A stretch of DNA of 63,140 nt, counting the filler, from Collodictyon triciliatum (lineage: Eukaryota), in NCBI GenBank assembly GCA_043381765.1. It is 6 parts of 6 records of this genome, joined end to end, with 100 filler letters (N's around TTAATTAATTAA, not from the genome) between each part and the next. Parts side by side here need not be neighbours in the genome. Positions count along the whole stretch, not along the records: positions 53,290 to 60,423 come from JBHJMP010000607.1; positions 60,524 to 63,140 come from JBHJMP010000782.1; 4 more parts are not named here. One strand, 5' to 3'. Below the pieces are notes generated by a model. It ran no database searches, was not told where the DNA came from, and was given only the letters and a program-made list of their open reading frames with translations. Position numbers and translations under genes: made by a program. Shown in pieces: positions 57,381 to 63,140 of this stretch (within the stretch, counting starts at the first letter, position 1; each line of letters opens with the position of its first letter).

Positions 57381-60249
57381 ATGGCTCTCGCCAAAAAGCA
57401 AGAAGAGAAGAATCTCGCCACGATTCGCAAGCTCTTATCCCTCCCTGAAAACAAAAAGTGTTTTGACTGCACAGAAAAGGTAACCTTGCAATATCCTCCT
57501 CACAGCGCCTTCTCTACAATCCTAGCAAAATGTCCTTGTTCGATCGAATCAAGGGAAACACCATATATATGTCGAATTATCTTCAAATTATGTCTTGATC
57601 ACAGAGGTAGTTTCCTCACTACGATTTCATCCTCTTTTTTTTTTTATTTGGTTTTATTTGACTGTATGACTGTTTCGAAAACAGGGCCCAACCTATGTGA
57701 ATCTTACGCACGCCACCTTCATCTGCACGACCTGTGCAGGAATTCAGTTTGTTTCTTGTTATTTAGTCATGACGAACACATTCGATTCTCATCGGCACTC
57801 AAAGCACGCTACGTGCGAAGATGTGACAGTTTAACCCAGTGTCTTTTTATTTATCTGCTTCCTTTATTATCCTTATTTCCTTACTTTTTTCTCTTTTCAC
57901 ATTCAGCCGAGAAATAAACAGCAGGGTCAAGTCTATCTCAATGGCCACCTTTAACGAGGAAGAAATGGAGAAGATCAAAAAGGGCGGAAATGAAGTTAGA
58001 ATATTATTAATTTACAATATACATATTTTGTCCATATATAATGGATGTATAATAGCGGGGCGATAATAGATTCGAAAGACTGGCTATGTTTCTTTGTAAT
58101 ATTTTATTTTCATCATGCATTCAAACCTAGCGCGGTCGCAAAATCTGGCTAGCAGCCTACAAACCAACCGACTTTGTAGAGCCCAACAGCTCCGAGCGAG
58201 ACCGTATCCGGGAGTTTATGAAGCTGAAGTACCAAGAAAAGGTATGGTACAGAGACGTTCGGGAAGTTGATGAGGAGGAGCGCAGAGCCAAAGAGAAGGG
58301 AGGGGCACAAGACGTATGTTTCTGGTTCTATACCTCTATACATGAATATATATCTAAAAGAGAAGTAAAATGTATCACTGCAATTGAAAGCGCTCATCCA
58401 ATCACTTCTTGCATGAATATCAAACTGTTACTGCCGATGATTTCCTCATCTTCTTCACTGCCAACAACTCACTTATATACTATTTCTGCAGACCGCTCAT
58501 ATTTCACAACTGCTTGGTAATGACGTCCCCAAGCTCGTTGTGAATCCTACACAACAAGCAACTGCAGCAGCGGCAAAGCCCGTAACAGCCTCAGCCGCTC
58601 CTACCAAGGTTGAAATGACATGAAATGAAAAGAAAAAGAAAAAAGAGCTGTTTTGGTTCAAATAAAAAGAATTATATCCTGTTCTAAATGAATTGAAATG
58701 AATGCTCCAAATTTCCCAGATGAAAGCTTATTACAAATAGCCCAATACTTTAACTGAAAAATACTAATGACGTGTAGAGTACTGCAGATGATATTTTCGG
58801 ACTTGATTTCTTGAGTACCCCCGCTCCTGCCACCCACCAACCAGGTATCATTTTTCTCTATTTCTACTAGAGATTTGATGCCCATGTTCACACAACCTTG
58901 CAGAAGACCTAAAAATGATATCTGTTTTTGAGTTTCTCTTTGACTTGAATACAACATGGACCTGTTCATGATTTTACTGCGTAATAGAGATACTCTTCTT
59001 TGTTTTCCTTTTCTTTAATACGATAAATATCAGCCCCTGTTGCCGCACAGACTGCGGCATTTAATCCCTTTGGAGACACAAACACTCAACCCGCGCCACA
59101 AGCAACATCAGGTAACACTGTACTTGTCAATATGATGTGCTCAATCTATTCAGATATCTTATTTTTACCTTTCAGGTTTACTTTTTCATACCTGCCGCGA
59201 TAGACATCTTTGCAGTTTATACAAAACTGAATGCATACATAATCGCTTGATAGGAGACTGGTTCAGCACCGCTCCTGTTTCAGCTCCTGCACCAGTGCCT
59301 GTAGCTGCAGTGTCTAACCAAACCGACTTCTTCAACGCTTTCAATTCCACACCAGCACCAGGTGAGTAACCCTAAAGTCTGGCATCAGTATTAGAGGTTA
59401 AATGGCAGATTGACACATCTAAATTGTTTTCTTCTCGGTATTTCTACTTTCCTTCTTTTCTTTAAACGAGCTCAGCACCGGTGCAAACTTCCGCCCCTGT
59501 TGCATCCGGTCTGGACTTTTTCAACCAACCTGTTCAGACCGCAGCACCCGGCCATCCACAAGCCGACGCCCTGAAGCCGAAGCCCAACCCCATGGCGAGT
59601 ATCCAGGCGGTCATGCAGTCTGCTTACTCATCCACACCCGGGGGAAGTAACTACAACGCCATTGCCCACGACCCATACTCTAATGCATTTGGTGGGATGA
59701 ACCAAGCTCAGCAAATGAGCGGCTTCCCAGGCATGACTCAACCTCAGATGGGCGGATTCCCGATGATGGGACAGCCTCAGCAAGCGGGTGGATTCCCTGG
59801 TATGACTCAATCTCAGATGGGCGGCTTTCCAGGCATGGGGCAGCCCCAACAAGCGGGTGGATTCCCTGGCATGACTCAATCTCAGATGGGCGGCTTTCCA
59901 GGCATGGGGCAGCCCCAGCAAGTGGGCGGATTCCCTGGTATGACCCAGTCTCAGATGGGCGGCTTTCCAGGCATGGGGCAGCCCCAACAAATGGGTGGGT
60001 TTCCAGGCATGACTCAGTCTCAGATGGGCGGCTTTCCAGGCATGGGACAGCCTCAACAAATGGGTGGATTCCCTGGTATGACTCAGTCTCAGATGGGTGG
60101 ATTTCCTGGCATGACCCAGTCTCAGATGGGTAGCTTTCCAGGGGCCGCACCAGCTCAACAGTTGTCTGATCCGTTCGGCTTGTCGTCATCGACAAGTGTG
60201 TCTGTCGCACCTGTTCAGCAGGCACCAGTCCAGCCCCCAAAGCCAGATG
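57381..60249 (+). CDS. ArfGAP of the AGFG (Hrb/RIP) subfamily; 3' end not found downstream (gap)
   Basis: ENKKCFDCTEK|GPTYVN...FICTTCAGI.REINSRVKSISMATF...GGNE...KYQEKVWY; ISQLLGNDVPKL; NPF/DPF motifs. Confidence 0.9.
59718..60143 (+). repeat. Coding tandem repeat, 69-bp unit GGFPGMTQSQM-GGFPGMGQPQQx
   Basis: Seen in translation and DNA. Confidence 0.9.
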
Positions 60250-60678
60250 GTATGGTGCATGCATCTATGTTTCGTATTATGAAGAACTATTTTGGCGGTA
60301 TTCTATTTATTGCTTTTATATACGCAGTTTTTTTTATTTTCTTCGAGTGTGATTTGCACATTTCACGAAAACGCACTTGTTGCTTGGGCGCATTCTTTAT
60401 GCAAATCTAGAGATGAGAACCACNNNNNNNNNNNNNNNNNNNNNNNNNNNNNNNNNNNNNNNNNNNNTTAATTAATTAANNNNNNNNNNNNNNNNNNNNN
60501 NNNNNNNNNNNNNNNNNNNNNNNCACCGAAGTGAGCAGTCAACAAAAGAAAAAAAAAAGGGGGGGGGGGGAGTTAAAAAAAAAAGGTTAAGAAATCAAGA
60601 AACAATAAATACAGATTCTAGATAGAGAGAAAATACAAAAATGTATATATGGGACCTAAAATGTAAGAAAATCCATAC

Positions 60679-61728
60679 CAGAGGTTCATATGTCATGCTG
60701 TCTAGCTGCCTTTTTAAGGTGGCGTGAATGTATTTGGAAGACTATGTGGAAAGGAACATATCGGTACCAGTAGATAAGTTTCTAATTTCGAATGGCACAA
60801 CAAAACTAAAAGTTGCAATGAAATTAATAAACATACCAAAATTTGCTTTCCAAAATGACCGTATACTTGGGCCAGATAATAAAGAGTCAGCGTATGAATA
60901 TTCTCCGTCCTTTGTGTCCTGTTGTGATGTGTTGTTTCATTTCATTTTACTTTATTTTTGTTAGCAGTGAAAACAGTGCACTATTCTTAGAAAACTAGGC
61001 ATTCAGTTACTTTCCATGAACATATTTGAAACATAACATTAGTCACATCTTACGTGGTTGAAGCAAATGCTTTATACTTCTTATACATTTTCCTAGCTGA
61101 CATCAAATAGGAGTAGGCTTTTCTGTTCTCGCTTCGGTTGGCCCACAATATACCCAACTGATTGTTCGTGTCAATCAATTCATCAACAAATCTAAATTAA
61201 TATGAATCTTGATTTAATAATACGTTTGTCTTTTTTTTTTCTTTTATAGAAAAATGTAGCATAGAAGTATAGAAACACAATTTGATATGATGGTGGTATT
61301 TTCACACAGGTAGTTTGTAGACTCGGTCACTTGCTCTACAAGAACTGCATGAGCTAATTGCAAAACTTTTTCAGCGTTTGAATTTTCCTCGGTTTCTGAG
61401 TAATTGACCCCTAATCGATGATTCAAAACAGCTGTGTAGAGTTCAACTCTCTATTCCAGGTTAAAGAAAGCATGAGAAAAGACCGGCTATGTGTAAAATT
61501 ACGGACTCATTTCAAGGATACGTGCAATATATAAAATCATTAAACAGTCATAAAGTTGGAACGTGTCTGCATTTTGGCAAGATAGGATGACATAGCTCCG
61601 TGCCGTGTTTCATGCCTTTTCATTTTCGGTGCTATGGAACTCTTCGATGCGGTCTTTTAAGTTCTCCTGGAAAGTTCAATCATAATTAACATCCGCACAA
61701 TAAACATAAAAATAAAAGCAATATGCAC

Positions 61729-61761
<33 letters not shown>

Positions 61762-61954
61762 CTGGGGGGGGTTTTTGTTTTTTTTTTTTTTTTTCTAATA
61801 AAAAAAAAAAGAAAGAGAGAGAGGAAAANNNNNNNNNNNNNNNNNNNNNNNNNNNNNNNNNNNNNNNNNNNNNNNNNNNNNNNNNNNNNNNNNNNNNNNN
61901 NNNNNNNNNNNNNNNNNNNNNNNNNNNNTTTTTTTTTTTTTTTTATTTAATTTA

Positions 61955-62005
<51 letters not shown>

Positions 62006-62496
62006 CTGGAGGTGCTAGGTCATAAGGTCATGTAATACCAGATAAAGTAACAAGACAGAGGAGAGAGGAAAATATAAGATGTAAGCGAATGAGAGAAGGG
62101 GAGAAGAGAGAACGGAGAAAAGACAGAGAAGAATAGTAGAAAAGAAGAAAGAAAGGGCCCACAAACCAATAGCGCCCGCGCAACATAGCGATACTCGAAG
62201 GGCCGGTCCTGCGGCGCCTCACGGCAGTAAACCTCGTCGTAGAACCGGAGAAGATCCGACCAGAAGGCCGGCTCGGCCAGTTGATCAAAGTCGCCTGCTT
62301 GGCGGAGCAGCTTCTGAAAGCGATCCTGTGTCTCTGTGCGGAATCGCAGCAGTTCTCGGGCATCGCTGCTGTTCTGGCCGACTTCTCCGCCCGCATCGTG
62401 TGTCTCACTCAGCGTCTCGACTTCGGCCGTCTCTGTGGCTGGTTCTGTCTGCGCGGTCGTGTCAAGTGCAGAAGTGTTCTCGTTTGCTGCGTCCAT
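60679..62496 (-). CDS. KIFBP: KIF-binding protein (KBP/KIF1BP), N-terminal half; remainder in gap
   Basis: PFEYRYVARALL; LGVNYSETEE; NNQLGILWANR...AYSYL; HTLTLYYLAQVY; HATLKRQL; order and spacing as in KIFBP. Confidence 0.88.
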
Positions 62497-62859
62497 GGGG
62501 TTTGTTGGCAACTGCTCGTTGTTGCGTTGGATCCTTTCCTTCTTGGAGTCGGCCTCGAGAAGTGGCTGCCCTGGGGATGAGTATGAATGAGAGGAAGGGA
62601 GAGGCGATGGAAAAAGAAAAAGAAAAAGAAAAAGAAAAAGAAAAAGAAAAAGAAAGAAGGCAAAAGCGAGAGTGAACCGCAGGGCAGTGAAAACAGCTGT
62701 TTCTTTGAGGTAGCTGACTGATCTTTTCACCTTTTTTTTAAAGATGTGCCGGTTGAGCAGCGACTGAGTGTGAGTTTGTAAATGTGGCGATGTTGCCATA
62801 GGCAGCACTTTGTGTTTTTGTTAGATTTGCTTTATTATTTCTTTCTTTCTTTAGGTTCT

Positions 62860-63140
62860 TATTTATAGTTTGATTATATTAGATTTTATTGTATTTATCT
62901 ATATTATTCTTTTCTCTTTGAACAAGATGTTGGGAATGGTTAGGCTTTGGTTCGCTAGCCATCGTTTGCATGGACGCTACTTGGTGGCCGGGTGGCGGAG
63001 AAGTAGTCGGTAATCAGGAATTGCATCCTGCGATCTGGCCTGTAGCCTGGGTCTTGTGCTTGCATGAGACATACAAGGCGAGGTTTAATATCTTTCTCAG
63101 CCTCTTTCCACATGTCTCTTCTCATGGGGTCGGGGTCGGA
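62860..63140 (-). mobile_element. 3' end of a second, diverged LINE family (truncated by window end)
   Basis: Open frame 63140-62955 SDPDPMRRDMWKEAE...QFLITDYF aligns to SDRKRREMWECVV...QLAITDFF of the 31-33 kb LINE; followed by A-rich tail with AATAAA. Confidence 0.6.

Noticed and set aside
61451-61521. U12-like intron (GTATCCTTG donor, TCTTTAAC branch) on the minus strand
   Set aside because: Phase incompatible with the KIFBP frame; the GC-AG intron explains the region
62792-62806. X-box-like GTTGCCATAGGCAGC upstream of KIFBP; CRE-like TGACGTCA near 46965
   Set aside because: Single short or imperfect matches expected by chance

Overview
Gene-dense, intron-rich eukaryotic scaffold (standard genetic code, AT-rich introns full of microsatellites, many N-gaps), most likely from a flagellated unicellular eukaryote. 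Most real genes are spliced and invisible or misleading in the ORF track, so I reconstructed them by hand. In order: 3' end of an L1/Tx1-like LINE; a large axonemal-dynein-light-chain-domain (AXDND1-like) + EF-hand gene; a copper-fist (Mac1/Ace1-family) transcription factor; two tandem paralogous small membrane proteins; a reticulon/ARL6IP1-like gene; apicortin (partial p25alpha + DCX); a polyQ hypothetical gene; dynactin p150Glued; a second decayed LINE copy; RTF1 (Plus3); an ankyrin-repeat gene; HADHA; ARL8; a TRAF7-like RING/zinc-finger gene; orphan terminal exons; a possible APC4-like gene; an AGFG-type ArfGAP; KIF-binding protein; and the 3' end of a diverged LINE. Highlights: apicortin, a copper-fist factor with a Mac1-type Cys motif in a genome that does not look like a higher fungus, a C-terminal PCNA PIP-box shared by two LINE families, and a G-to-C skew switch inside the GC-rich HADHA exon. 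Family calls rest on recalled motifs; no searches were run.
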